DNA of 64,000 nt from an uncultured bacterium (GTDB lineage: Bacteria; Auribacterota; Erginobacteria; Erginobacterales; Erginobacteraceae), in the NCBI GenBank assembly GCA_963822585.1, contig CAWGIE010000026.1, forward strand, positions 320,001 through 384,000. The letters are read 5' to 3'. The notes beneath the pieces are model-generated. The model made no database searches, was not told the origin of the DNA, and worked only from the letters and a program-made list of their open reading frames with translations. Position numbers and translations under genes: made by a program. This document shows positions 18,864-29,051 of the stretch, in pieces; within the stretch, counting starts at the first letter, position 1, and every line of letters begins with the position of its first letter.

Positions 18864-19772
18864 TTATCTATTAGACGAAGATGAATGGTTTTTATTCGTT
18901 TCCGGCCCGGGAACCAGGACCGTCAGGGCACCGGGGAGCAACTCTATCCGCGCGGGAGTACGCCCGATATAATCTCCGTCCGCCTGGAGGGGCAAACCGG
19001 GAGCATCAACCCGGATGGTCTTCGCCCTGACGATGGTGACATCGGGCAGTGTATGATGATTTTTTCTCAGCACACCCCAGAAATATCGGAGGTAATCTCG
19101 GCGATTGCCTTTCCCGAACAGACAACAATGAAGACACCCGTCGTCGATGCGAGCGGAGGGCGTGATCTGGTGGAGACCGCCGTAGAAACGGGCATTGGAG
19201 ATAACCGCGGCGTAACCGGTCAGTTCCCGTTTCCCGTCGAGGAGAAGCGTGAAAGGATGGGGACGAAAAGTCATTACCGCTTTTAACCCGGCCACATGAT
19301 AGGCGTACCGCTTGATGAATTTCTTCAGGGTCGGGTTAACGATCCTCACTGCTTCAGCGTCAAGGCCGATGCTGATCATGACCGAGAAATACCGTTTGTT
19401 GACGACCCCGAGATCTATCCGGCGAGTATGACCGCCGGTAATGATGCCGACTGCCGCGTCAAGATCATCGGGAATGCCCAGCTCCAGGGCCAGCACGTTG
19501 CTCAGACCGGCGGGGATAATGCCCAGACGAACCCGGGAGCCGACAAGACCGTTAATGACCTCGTTCAGGGTCCCATCTCCGCCTACCGAGATAACCAGTT
19601 CATTCCCCTCCCCTACCGCTCGCCGGGCCAGCGCGGTTGCTTCCAGCGGGGCCGTCGTGGAGCAGACCGAAACCTGGCAACCGTGCCGGGCCAGTTCTTC
19701 TCGCATCCACTGCAAACGTCCGGGATAACAAATCCGGCTGGAGACCGGGTTAATGATGACGGCGGCTTTCAT
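18864..19772 (-). CDS. Diacylglycerol kinase family lipid kinase
   Basis: IINPVS, GGDGTLNEVING, IIPAGLSNVLA, QADGD. Confidence 0.9.
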   Translation of the reverse strand: MKAAVIINPVSSRICYPGRLQWMREELARHGCQVSVCSTTAPLEATALARRAVGEGNELVISVGGDGTLNEVINGLVGSRVRLGIIPAGLSNVLALELGIPDDLDAAVGIITGGHTRRIDLGVVNKRYFSVMISIGLDAEAVRIVNPTLKKFIKRYAYHVAGLKAVMTFRPHPFTLLLDGKRELTGYAAVISNARFYGGLHQITPSARIDDGCLHCCLFGKGNRRDYLRYFWGVLRKNHHTLPDVTIVRAKTIRVDAPGLPLQADGDYIGRTPARIELLPGALTVLVPGPETNKNHSSSSNR

Positions 19773-19774
19773 TA

Positions 19775-19850
19775 TAAACTAGCTCGCTACGCTCGCTACT
19801 TTATGTGAGCCCTCCCGATTGATTCAATCGGGAGGGCTGTTGGTTAAACA
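19775..19850 (-). repeat. Conserved leader element (cccgattg hairpin plus GTAGCGAGCGNAGCGAGCTA box)
   Basis: Closely similar to 23221-23290. Confidence 0.7.
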
Positions 19851-20060
19851 GTGCTATCTTCTTGAATGCACCGTCACAAAAGGTATTCCTCACCACAGCC
19901 AACAATTACCATCATGGTTATAGGTCATGAATCGATGGCGTAGAGCGACTTACTATTTTTTTGCTTTACTACTTTATCATGATTACGAAGTAGGGAATTG
20001 ACTCTTTTCTTATTTCCCTTCCTGTTCTTTCTCTAAAAAATCAGGAAGGGAAATAAGAAA

Positions 20061-21191
20061 TTACAGCGAATCCTGCCATTCTTTCTCAAGATCGGAGACG
20101 GGCATCAGAAATTCAGCCTCAATAATTTCCTTCCACCCCCCTCCCCTCTTCAACTCTTCCAGGATTCTGTTGATCCTCCAGAATCCATATCGCCGGATCA
20201 AATAATCCACCAGGGAATACGCCTCGGCGTAGGCAAGCTGGACCCGCTCTGATTTCTGGTCGAATCCAAGAGCTTCATCAAGCTGGGAAAGGGGAATCAA
20301 ATGGCCGGGACGGAGCTTCTCCGCGCCTGTTCCCTGTTCAATCGGGGAGACCTTTGACTCCTGGTATCGGGCAAGCCCTTCATGAAGCCACCGGGGACAG
20401 TTATTCCCGGTTTCATCATTGATCAGGGCATGGGTATATTCATGCCAGAGTATCCTCTTGATCTCGCCAACATCCTCTCCCTTGCCGTCGACCGGGAGTC
20501 TGATCTTGCCGTCATAAAGGGCACCCACCCAGTGGGGGGCATCCCTAACCTGAGAGAACTCCTCCGGAGTATAGAGGAGCACCACAATCGAGCGGGTCGG
20601 ATAATAATTGAAGTCATATCCTATCTCCTGATACGCCTCCAAAAGATAGCTCTGGATATCATTCACGCTGTATTCCGTGTCCCGTGAATGGAAGCGGATG
20701 TCGAAGTTCGCCAGCGTCGATCTATCCAGTTTTTCCTCGACCAAAGCCTCCTTCTCCAGCTTCTCCAGCATCCCCGCCAGCTCCCGGTCATCCGGCTGAA
20801 GGGATAATGCCTTTTGCCAGTACCGGGCGGCATCATCCATGCTCTGTGAAAAATAGGCGATCTCCCCCAGCATGCGAAGAGCGGTTACATTCACCGGGTC
20901 TCTATCCAGTACTTCGATGAATGTATCCCGGGCCCGGGAGAGCTCACGTTCCCGGTAATATCGACCCCCCAGGCCGATCAGCAACTGAATCCGGGCCTGC
21001 GGCAACGAAGGATTCCCGGGGTCGCCAAGCTCGATCATATCGAGATAATCAAGCGCACCGGCATAATCGCCCCGCGCCGCCGATTGTTCGAGCAACTCCC
21101 GCCATTTCTCCCCGGATGAATCACCGGCGATGGACGGGGCCGCGGGCACCAGCATGAGAGCGCCCACCAAAATGGATACCCATCGAATCAT
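20061..21191 (-). CDS. TPR-containing peptidase MA-like metalloprotease
   Basis: Signal peptide, TPRs, GALYDGKIRLP, HEYTH, PRWLHEGLA. Confidence 0.82.
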   Translation of the reverse strand: MIRWVSILVGALMLVPAAPSIAGDSSGEKWRELLEQSAARGDYAGALDYLDMIELGDPGNPSLPQARIQLLIGLGGRYYRERELSRARDTFIEVLDRDPVNVTALRMLGEIAYFSQSMDDAARYWQKALSLQPDDRELAGMLEKLEKEALVEEKLDRSTLANFDIRFHSRDTEYSVNDIQSYLLEAYQEIGYDFNYYPTRSIVVLLYTPEEFSQVRDAPHWVGALYDGKIRLPVDGKGEDVGEIKRILWHEYTHALINDETGNNCPRWLHEGLARYQESKVSPIEQGTGAEKLRPGHLIPLSQLDEALGFDQKSERVQLAYAEAYSLVDYLIRRYGFWRINRILEELKRGGGWKEIIEAEFLMPVSDLEKEWQDSL

Positions 21192-21239
21192 ACCTTCGTT
21201 CCTGAAATCCTGACCTCTCCAGACCTCGGTTGCCGATAG

Positions 21240-22016
21240 TCACAGATGATTCCTGGCCTGATGGAGAAAATCTTTTTCCCGCTCTTTCAGTCCCTCCCAC
21301 CCTTCCCGGGCCAGCTTATCCAGTATCCGGTTAAGTTCTTCCCGGTACCCGTCATTGTTCTCCGGGGAACTCCGGACGGTAAAGGCGCCCCGGACCTTCC
21401 TCCGCATCCAGTCCGGCCATTTCAAATAAATAAATCCCACCAAGGCTCCGCCCAGATGGGCAAAATGGGCTATCCCCCCTCCCCCGCTTCCTCCTAGAAG
21501 AAAAAACAACTCCAGACCGGTTAAGATGATCACCAATTGCCGGGCTTTCATCCGCACCGGGAGGACGAAAAAAAGCAGCAGAGTAATCACCCGGTTCGGG
21601 AAGAGCATTCCATAGGCCAGGAGTAACCCGAAAAGGGCGCCGGAGGCTCCTATCATCGGCGAACCGGTCCCCCAGATAAACGGGATCGAGCATATTCCGG
21701 CGCCAATCCCCGAAATAAAGTAGTAGCGGAGAAAGAACGGCGTTCCCCAGTATACCTCCAGCTCCCGGCCGAAGAAATACAGTATCACCATATTGAAAAA
21801 TAGATGAAACAGGTCTCCATGAACAAAGAGATAGGTGACAAACTGATAGATCGATAAGCGGGTGAACGCCGAGGGGACGGAAAGCCCGAATATCAAATCA
21901 TAGCGGTACGCGCCCCACAACTGCCCCAGGATGAAGCTCCCGACATTGATCAAAAGAAGCGCTTTAACAGCGGGCGGAAGCGTTGCGAAGAATAAAGAGC
22001 GAGGTTTCGGAACCAC
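21240..22016 (-). CDS. Rhomboid intramembrane serine protease
   Basis: TYLFVHG..HLFFNM, IGASGALFG, AHFAHLGG. Confidence 0.92.
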   Translation of the reverse strand: MVPKPRSLFFATLPPAVKALLLINVGSFILGQLWGAYRYDLIFGLSVPSAFTRLSIYQFVTYLFVHGDLFHLFFNMVILYFFGRELEVYWGTPFFLRYYFISGIGAGICSIPFIWGTGSPMIGASGALFGLLLAYGMLFPNRVITLLLFFVLPVRMKARQLVIILTGLELFFLLGGSGGGGIAHFAHLGGALVGFIYLKWPDWMRRKVRGAFTVRSSPENNDGYREELNRILDKLAREGWEGLKEREKDFLHQARNHL

Positions 22017-22065
22017 TGAATTTTAACCGCCTAAGCGGAAATGCACGAGATTTCCCAGAAATTTC

Positions 22066-22383
22066 TTAAAAGTCAGTTATTTTATCCAGCCGTTCCTGGG
22101 CCGTTTTGTCATTGGGATCAATCGAGAGTATCTCCAGGTAAAGCTTCTTGGCACTGTCGATCTCTTTCTGAGCTTCCCTGGTTACGGCATAGTTGAAGAG
22201 CAGGGAAATATCGCGGGGAGCGGTTTTCAGTCCCCGTTGATAGATATCGACTGCTTTATCATAATCGGCATTCAGAAAATAAAGCTTACCCAGGCGGACA
22301 TAGTTGTCCGCTTTGCCGGGATCTTTTTCAAGCGCTTCCAGCAGCTTTTTTTCTTTACGATCGAAAAAACGCACATTTGTCAT
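22066..22383 (-). CDS. Small TPR protein
   Basis: TPR patterns (YVRLGKLY..YDKAVDIY, IDPND). Confidence 0.75.
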   Translation of the reverse strand: MTNVRFFDRKEKKLLEALEKDPGKADNYVRLGKLYFLNADYDKAVDIYQRGLKTAPRDISLLFNYAVTREAQKEIDSAKKLYLEILSIDPNDKTAQERLDKITDF

Positions 22384-22433
22384 GAGAAACGGCCCACTTA
22401 ACCGGTATTATTGTTTTTCTTTTAACTGAACTC

Positions 22434-22533
22434 CTAGTGTAGTGCGTCTAACGCTTCTTTACATATGGCTAGACACTCAAAGCATTTTCCCCGAATAGAT
22501 ATTAGTAAAAGGATATCTGACGCACTACACTAG
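22434..22533. mobile_element. 100-bp MITE-like element
   Basis: Perfect 15-bp terminal inverted repeats ctagtgtagtgcgtc / gacgcactacactag, CTAG at both ends, non-coding interior. Confidence 0.7.
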
Positions 22534-23216
22534 ATTGATTTAAACTTCTCGATGTTTTTCTCTTCCCCGATGATTACCAGGGTGTCGTTCTCTTCCAGAA
22601 CCTCGTCGGCCCGGGGGGCAATGATCAGGTTGTCTTTCAGTTCCGATTGGCCGTTTTTGTCCAGTTGCGGCGCCTGCCGCCGAAGAGCGACGATGTCGAT
22701 CCCGAAGCGGGAACGGACGTTCGCTTCTACCAGGGTCTGTCCCCGGAGCGACTTGGGGACTTTCGTTTCTACTATCCCGAAACCGGGTGAAACCTGGATA
22801 TAGTCGAAGATGGTCGGGGATACCAGTGAATTGGCTACCCGGACGCCCATATCCCTTTCCGGGAAGACAATCCGGTCGGCCCCGATCCGGCTCAGTATTT
22901 TTTTATCCGCCTGACTGACGGCCTTGGCAACAACCGTCTTCACCCCCATCTCTTTCAACTGCATGGTCACCAGGATGCTCGCCTCCAGATTGCTCCCGAT
23001 GGCGACCACGGCGACATCCATCTCACCGAGTTCCAGGCCTTCCAGGGCCATGTCATCGGTAACGTCCACTTGAATCGCCTGAGTGACAATCTCACTCATT
23101 CTCTGCACGACCTGTTCGTCTTTGTCCAGGACCATCACCTGCTTCCCTTTCTGAGCCAGGGTCTGAGCGACGGCACTCCCGAAGCTTCCGGCACCTATGA
23201 CGACAAATTCCTTCAT
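22530..23216 (-). CDS. trkA: TrkA/KtrA potassium uptake regulatory subunit
   Basis: VIGAGSFG Rossmann motif, GADRIVFPERDMG, TrkA_C domain. Confidence 0.9.
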   Translation of the reverse strand: MKEFVVIGAGSFGSAVAQTLAQKGKQVMVLDKDEQVVQRMSEIVTQAIQVDVTDDMALEGLELGEMDVAVVAIGSNLEASILVTMQLKEMGVKTVVAKAVSQADKKILSRIGADRIVFPERDMGVRVANSLVSPTIFDYIQVSPGFGIVETKVPKSLRGQTLVEANVRSRFGIDIVALRRQAPQLDKNGQSELKDNLIIAPRADEVLEENDTLVIIGEEKNIEKFKSI

Positions 23217-23220
23217 AATA

Positions 23221-23304
23221 TAAATTAGCTCGCTCCGCTCGCTACTTTATCTGGCCCCCGATTGCATCAATCGGGGGCTGGTAATTAAACATTCCGAAAC
23301 GGTA
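23221..23304 (-). repeat. Bipartite intergenic element upstream of trkA
   Basis: Minus strand: taccgtttcggaatgtt-[gcccccgattg..caatcgggggc]-ataaagtagcgagcggagcgagctaattta. Confidence 0.7.
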
Positions 23305-23359
23305 TCCAAATATATGCTTATACTATCATAAGATAGAAAAAATCTGTGATTTTTTCTAC

Positions 23360-24745
23360 TTAACCGACCATCACCGATTCCTCCGGATACCGGATCAGCA
23401 TCGCGGGTCGATTCCGGCGACCGATCAGAAGGGCGAGAGTCAGGGGGCCGATTCTCCCCACGTACATAGTGAGGATAATAACAAACTTCCCCGGGTAGGA
23501 GAGGTGGGGCGTGATCCCGGTGGAGAGTCCGACCGTTCCGAAGGCGGACACCGTTTCAAAAAAGATCTCTCCCATGTAACCGGTATGGCAGAACTGACGT
23601 ACGGTGGAGGCTTCGACCAAAAAAAGCACGGTGCAGGAAATAAAGATAATGGCCAGAGAAATAACCGCGATGCTGATGGCTTTCACCGCGATTTGATCCT
23701 CGATGCTCCGACGCCAGAGCACAACCTGCTTCTTCCCCGTCACCATGGTGTACACCGATGCCAGGATCACGGCGAACGTACAGGTCTTGATCCCGCCGCC
23801 GGTGCCGCTGGGCGAAGCTCCGATAAACATCATCGCGATCGTAATCCAGAGGCTGGCCGGATTGAGCCGGTCAACCGGCAAGGTATTGAAACCGGCCGTG
23901 CGGGGGGTAACGGCCTGGAAGAAACAGCGCGAGATCTTCTCTCCCAGCGGCATACCTTTCAGAGTATTTCCCCATTCCGTCGCCATCAGGAAAATAAACA
24001 TGATCAACAGGAGAACTCCGCTCATGATGAGGGCTATCTTCGTCTGGAGCCGCAGGCGCCCGCGGCGGGTGCGATCTTTCCGCCAGAAATAAAAATGAGT
24101 GATGTTATACCAGACCACGAACCCGATTCCGCCCAGCAGGATCAGACCCCCCATGATCCCGGTTATGCACCAGTCGTCCCCGAAACGCATCAGGCTGTCG
24201 GAGAAAAGAGAGAAGCCGGCGTTGCAGAAGGCGGAGACGGAGTGAAAAACTCCGTAGGCCAGCGCCCGGTGAATCGGATAGTGATAGGCGCGATGAAATC
24301 TCCAGGCCAGAAGAGCCGCTCCGATCGCCTCCAGGAAAACGGTCATACCCACGATTAGAAGGATGAGGCCTTTGACCCCCGTGACCTTCTTCTCTCCCAG
24401 CGTGTCCTGCATCATGATCCGGTCCTTCAGCGTGAGACGCCTCCCGAGCATGATCAGGAAGAAGGTGGACATGGTCATGATCCCCAATCCCCCCAGCTGG
24501 ATCAGGACCAGAATGACCGCCCGGCCAAAGGGAGTAAAAAACCTGCCTGTATCCACAACGATCAGACCGGTCACACAGGTCGCGGAGGCCGCGGTGAAGA
24601 GGGCATCCACAATATTCATGCATCCCGGCGTATAGGTGGAAAACGGGAGGACCAGCAACACCGTGCCGAGCAGTATCACCCCCAAAAAAGAGAGAATAAT
24701 CAATCGGGGGGGGTTGATCCGTGATTGTCCGATGGATGGTTTCAT
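23360..24745 (-). CDS. trkH: TrkH/KtrB potassium uptake membrane subunit
   Basis: SATCVTGL, SAFCNAGF, PRTAGF, GGGIK, SAFGTVGLS; start 24745 or 24790. Confidence 0.9.
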   Translation of the reverse strand: MKPSIGQSRINPPRLIILSFLGVILLGTVLLVLPFSTYTPGCMNIVDALFTAASATCVTGLIVVDTGRFFTPFGRAVILVLIQLGGLGIMTMSTFFLIMLGRRLTLKDRIMMQDTLGEKKVTGVKGLILLIVGMTVFLEAIGAALLAWRFHRAYHYPIHRALAYGVFHSVSAFCNAGFSLFSDSLMRFGDDWCITGIMGGLILLGGIGFVVWYNITHFYFWRKDRTRRGRLRLQTKIALIMSGVLLLIMFIFLMATEWGNTLKGMPLGEKISRCFFQAVTPRTAGFNTLPVDRLNPASLWITIAMMFIGASPSGTGGGIKTCTFAVILASVYTMVTGKKQVVLWRRSIEDQIAVKAISIAVISLAIIFISCTVLFLVEASTVRQFCHTGYMGEIFFETVSAFGTVGLSTGITPHLSYPGKFVIILTMYVGRIGPLTLALLIGRRNRPAMLIRYPEESVMVG

Positions 24746-24886
24746 GAGGATATTTTTGCCTTGGAAAAAAATCGTAGTGAAGGATAACATAAACTAACCA
24801 CTGTTCAACCCAAATTAATTTGACTCCCGGTTGATCACTATGATAACGTTAATCCGGTTACCTCATTAACATTATAAAAGGAGGAA

Positions 24887-26620
24887 ATGATGGACCCCGT
24901 CAAGCTTTCACTGAGCAAGATACGAACATTTCTCCAGTGTCCCTTAAAATACAAGCTGGCCCATATCGACCAGGTTTCGGTAAAGCCCAAAGCCAGTCCC
25001 GGCCTCAGTTTCTATCAGGCCCTTCACAACGCCCTGGAATACTTCCATAAAGAGGGGTCGACCACCCTCCCTTCAGAAGCTTTCCTCCTCAACTTGCTCG
25101 CCCGCAACTGGGATGCTTCCGGTTACGCAGACGCCGGCGAAGAGAAGCAGTACCGGGGGCTGGGGGAGACCATTCTGAAAGAATTCTACCGGACCTATTC
25201 GGCGGAGAAACATAATGTCAAATACCTGAGCTTGATGATCAAGGTCAAAACAAAAAAATGCTTTATCTCCTCCCGGGTGGACCGAGTCGATCTGCTCCCC
25301 GATGGAACGTATGAGGTCATTAACTACAAAACGGGAAAGAACGTTCTGGAACCGGCAGAGTTAGCCCGCGATATGCAGGCGGTCATCGTGTATTTGGGGG
25401 CAAACGCCCACAAGAGGCTGGAAGGCAAAGTCTCGAAAGTAAGCTTTTACTTTCTGCGCGCCAACCGGAAGATCAGCGTGACACCGACTACCGAGGACAT
25501 CAAGGCCGTGACCGATCTGATCGACCAGACCGCGGGCAACATCGTCAACCTGGAGAAAGGTAAAAATATCATTCTCGGCCTGTTCGACCGTCTCTTACCG
25601 GAATCGAAGAAGATATCGGGAAACATCGACGATCCGCTGGCGCTGGCAGAGAAAGGCGCCCTCTGCAATTCCTGCGAATACCTTGAGGTCTGTCCGGCGT
25701 GGCCGGTAACTCCCCGGGATATCGTCGGAGAAACAGAGGACGTCTTCCGGGAACGGATCCGGCTCAGCTACTCCAAGCTCAGTTCCTACAAACGATGCCC
25801 CCGAGCCTGGAAAAATTCGTACCTGGACGGCAAGTTCAGTCGGGAGGCAAAGCCATTCTTTTCTTTCGGAACCGCCATCCACGAGGCGTTCGAGAATTAC
25901 TACGATCCGCACGGCGCCAAAAAATCCTCCCTCAAGCACCTTCTCGGCCTCTGGGACACGGCTTTCCATAACAACGCCGAAGGATACCGTGATGAGGAAG
26001 AGCAAAAGAAATACTACAACCAGGGTGTAGACCAGTTAACCAGGTATCACAAGCACTACTGCGCGGACGGGAAATACCGTCCCGCTCACGCCATCGAAGC
26101 CTACTTCGAAGTTCCCCTGGGTAAAAACGCGGTCATGACCGGTTTCGTTGACCGGATCGATCAGGTGGATGAGGACACGTTTGAGATCCTGGACTATAAA
26201 ACGGAACCGACGCGCCGCAGCCAGCAGGCCGTTGATGAGGACGATCAGCTGACCATCTATTTCTGGGCCTGCCAGACCCTTTTCTCCCTGAAAATCAAGC
26301 AGCTCTCCCTGCTCATGACCAACTTCGACGAACAGATTATCACCACCAGGAACGAGGAAGACTTCCCGGAAGTCGTCGCCGCCATTGACGCGGTGGCCGC
26401 CGAGATGAAGGAAAATATAAAGCTCTTCCAGGATAATTACTCTCCCGACGAAACAGAGAGCATTTACTTTCCCCCGAAGAAAAACAAATACTGCAAGAGC
26501 TGCGACATCCTTGAAACCTGCGCCCTCAAGCCGGAGATCATGGGGGACACTTCCCTCCGAACGATGGAGTATACCGACGGCGATCTGGAAGAGCAGATGG
26601 CGACTTCGGAATATGAATAA
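24887..26620 (+). CDS. Tandem PD-(D/E)XK (RecB/AddB-like, Fe-S staple) nuclease
   Basis: Two repeats of LS.SK...CP / DR.D....E...YKT / CxxC....C; GGAGG RBS. Confidence 0.85.
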   Translation: MMDPVKLSLSKIRTFLQCPLKYKLAHIDQVSVKPKASPGLSFYQALHNALEYFHKEGSTTLPSEAFLLNLLARNWDASGYADAGEEKQYRGLGETILKEFYRTYSAEKHNVKYLSLMIKVKTKKCFISSRVDRVDLLPDGTYEVINYKTGKNVLEPAELARDMQAVIVYLGANAHKRLEGKVSKVSFYFLRANRKISVTPTTEDIKAVTDLIDQTAGNIVNLEKGKNIILGLFDRLLPESKKISGNIDDPLALAEKGALCNSCEYLEVCPAWPVTPRDIVGETEDVFRERIRLSYSKLSSYKRCPRAWKNSYLDGKFSREAKPFFSFGTAIHEAFENYYDPHGAKKSSLKHLLGLWDTAFHNNAEGYRDEEEQKKYYNQGVDQLTRYHKHYCADGKYRPAHAIEAYFEVPLGKNAVMTGFVDRIDQVDEDTFEILDYKTEPTRRSQQAVDEDDQLTIYFWACQTLFSLKIKQLSLLMTNFDEQIITTRNEEDFPEVVAAIDAVAAEMKENIKLFQDNYSPDETESIYFPPKKNKYCKSCDILETCALKPEIMGDTSLRTMEYTDGDLEEQMATSEYE

Positions 26621-26626
26621 TTTATC

Positions 26627-26656
26627 TTTCTCCGGAGTATTCGACTCCGGGAAAAA
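26627..26656. terminator. Probable bidirectional terminator
   Basis: tttctccggagt-attcg-actccgggaaaa between convergent genes. Confidence 0.5.
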
Positions 26657-26767
26657 TAAATGAGGGAGCATTTTTCAGCAACGCGACAGTAGTTTCCATT
26701 GCTTAGTTGGAAAGCCGGTTGTTGAATGTTGGACGTTCGAAGTTGAACGTTCCGGCTTTTTCCTCCC

Positions 26768-28144
26768 TTACCAGCCTCTCAGTTCGTGGAGATACCGCTT
26801 GATCAGATCCGCCTGGGGGGATTCGGGGACCAGGCTCAGATACCTCCGGAGATGATGAGCGGCCGCGGCCCGGTCCTTCTTCCCGTATGCCAGAATGCCC
26901 GCGTTCAATCGAGCCGGAGCATAGTCGGGGTCGATCCGGAAAAGGCGGACGTATTGCTGCAGGGCCTTGCTCCTCTCCCCCGCCATGCTGTAAGCAACCG
27001 CGAGATTGTAGCGTGAAGGGAGGAAGAACGGATCCTCGGCCAGGGCCTCCCGGTAAAGAGCGATCGCTTCATCGTATCTTCCCTCTGACTGCATCCGGGC
27101 CGCGGAGGCGAACAGAGCAGGGACTCCCTCGGGAGGGAGTTCGGTTAAAAAGGCTAATTCCGGGTCAAGACGCCGAGCTTCGGCCAGTTCCCGATCCCCC
27201 TCCTCGGCCCTCTCCAGCCCCCGGTAAACAACACCCAGATTATAATGCCAGCGGGCGATGGCCGGTTCCAGAATGCTCAGGCGTTCGAAATAGTCCCGGG
27301 CCCCAGCCAGGTCATCCCGTTCGTAGGAAAGGTTGGCCAGGGCGATCAGCGCTTCCCGGTACTCCGGATTGTCCCGGAGAGCCTTTCCATAGAGAAGCAG
27401 CGCTTCTTCATCCCGTCCCTGGCGGGAGGCGATATGGCCGAGACAGTAATTCACCGAGGCCGGATCGGCGCCCTGCTGCCCCGCTGTTTCCAGATAACGG
27501 CGGGCGCTTTCGAGATCCCCCTGGTCCAGGCAAAGCACACCGGCCAGGTAAGCGGCGGCGGCTGATTCGGGCATATATTCCAGAACGTGCCTGATCTCGG
27601 CCAGGCTTTGGTCAATCTTTCCTTGCTGGTAAAGGATCCGCGCCTTCCGGTAACGAAGCGCGGCCGTCTCCGGCTGCAGCCGGAGGGCTGCATCGTAATG
27701 GGTCAGCGCCTGTTCAAAATCTCCGCGTTTTTCGTAGAGAACGCCAGTCAGATACTCGGCATTAAAATGATAGAGGTGTCCCGGATGAGATCGAGCGAGG
27801 CGGTCAGCCGCATCCCGGTAATAGCGGAGCGCCTGATCATCGTCACCCTCTTCCTGACAGCAGTAGCCCAACTCATAGAGGAGTCTCCCGTCATCGGCCC
27901 CTCCGGCCACCGCCGCTTCCAACTTAACGCGTGCCTGGCCGACTTCATGCTTCTGAAAATTCAGGCGACCTTCCCGGGCCGGGGTTAACCACTGATGCTT
28001 CTGCTCCCATTGTTCGAGATATTTCCAGGAGACATCCGGATGAAGACGCATCCAGCGGGTCTGCGCAGATACAGACAATGAGAGAAAAAACAGACACGTA
28101 ATGGCAAATGCTATCTTGCTGATCATTTTTTCCAAGGAAGTCAT
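26768..28144 (-). CDS. Exported multi-TPR protein
   Basis: Signal peptide and about 10 TPR motifs. Confidence 0.82.
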   Translation of the reverse strand: MTSLEKMISKIAFAITCLFFLSLSVSAQTRWMRLHPDVSWKYLEQWEQKHQWLTPAREGRLNFQKHEVGQARVKLEAAVAGGADDGRLLYELGYCCQEEGDDDQALRYYRDAADRLARSHPGHLYHFNAEYLTGVLYEKRGDFEQALTHYDAALRLQPETAALRYRKARILYQQGKIDQSLAEIRHVLEYMPESAAAAYLAGVLCLDQGDLESARRYLETAGQQGADPASVNYCLGHIASRQGRDEEALLLYGKALRDNPEYREALIALANLSYERDDLAGARDYFERLSILEPAIARWHYNLGVVYRGLERAEEGDRELAEARRLDPELAFLTELPPEGVPALFASAARMQSEGRYDEAIALYREALAEDPFFLPSRYNLAVAYSMAGERSKALQQYVRLFRIDPDYAPARLNAGILAYGKKDRAAAAHHLRRYLSLVPESPQADLIKRYLHELRGW

Positions 28145-28270
28145 GGTTGCTTTATTCCTCCACTACGGCCCCTTTTTAACAGACGATTGAATGTGATTGA
28201 ATAGGATTGTTCGCTATATAGAAATCTTCCCGATCTTCGCGGTTCTCATTGATTTGTTTTCAATGTGATA

Positions 28271-29017
28271 TTATTTTGAGTTTGGTTCAGATAAGACTTG
28301 TATCAACCAGGCGGGATTGTTGCTGGCCACGGCATCGACGGAGCAACGGACGACTTTCTCCAGTTCATTCTCCCGGTCGATGGTCCAGGCGATGACTTTT
28401 CTTCCCGCCCGGTGGGCCGCGGCCACCCGGGGAGCAGTGATAATACTCCAGCGGGCGGAGAGGAGATCGAGACCCGAGTAGTCGCCATCCGCGCACTCTT
28501 CCCAGACCTCTTCCCGATTGAAAATAAGAGCGGTCCGGACCTCCGGCAGCACGGCCTTACAGAGCCGGACGGCTTCCCGGTCGAAAGACGCCAGAATGAC
28601 CCGGGAATGGAACCGATTTTTCCCGATAATCTCCGCGGCGCGGCGGACCAGCTTCGGGCGGACGGAGTCCCGTCCCTGATCGATCTTCAACTCGATACAG
28701 AGACCGATCCGGCCGGGGAGAATACACCGGATCGTTTCGTCCAGGGTAGGAATCCGCTCCCCCGAGAATTGCCCGGAAAAGTATCCCCCGGCGTCGATTT
28801 TTTTCAACTCCGCGAGCGTCTTCTCATCCACCGGTCCGGTACCGTCGCTGGTCCGGGAAAGATCCCGGTCGTGGAAGACCACAACCTCGTTGTCCCGGCT
28901 CAGCCGGATATCGAGTTCGATCAGATCGGCCCCGACCCGGACCGCCTCCCGGAAGGCGGCCAGCGTGTTTTCCGGGGCCACCGCCGAGGCTCCTCTGTGC
29001 GCGACAGTCAATATCAT
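28271..29017 (-). CDS. Glycerophosphodiester phosphodiesterase (GlpQ/UgpQ family)
   Basis: AHRGAS..APENTLAAF, IELDI..D..VVFHD, ERIPTL, IELK. Confidence 0.93.
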   Translation of the reverse strand: MILTVAHRGASAVAPENTLAAFREAVRVGADLIELDIRLSRDNEVVVFHDRDLSRTSDGTGPVDEKTLAELKKIDAGGYFSGQFSGERIPTLDETIRCILPGRIGLCIELKIDQGRDSVRPKLVRRAAEIIGKNRFHSRVILASFDREAVRLCKAVLPEVRTALIFNREEVWEECADGDYSGLDLLSARWSIITAPRVAAAHRAGRKVIAWTIDRENELEKVVRCSVDAVASNNPAWLIQVLSEPNSK

Positions 29018-29051
29018 TACACAACCTCAATCGAGCATAATACCATTAAAA

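Noticed and set aside
24887..26620. Cas4 / CRISPR adaptation gene
   Set aside because: The Fe-S PD-(D/E)XK fold is shared with AddB/RecB-like proteins; no cas1, cas2 or array nearby.
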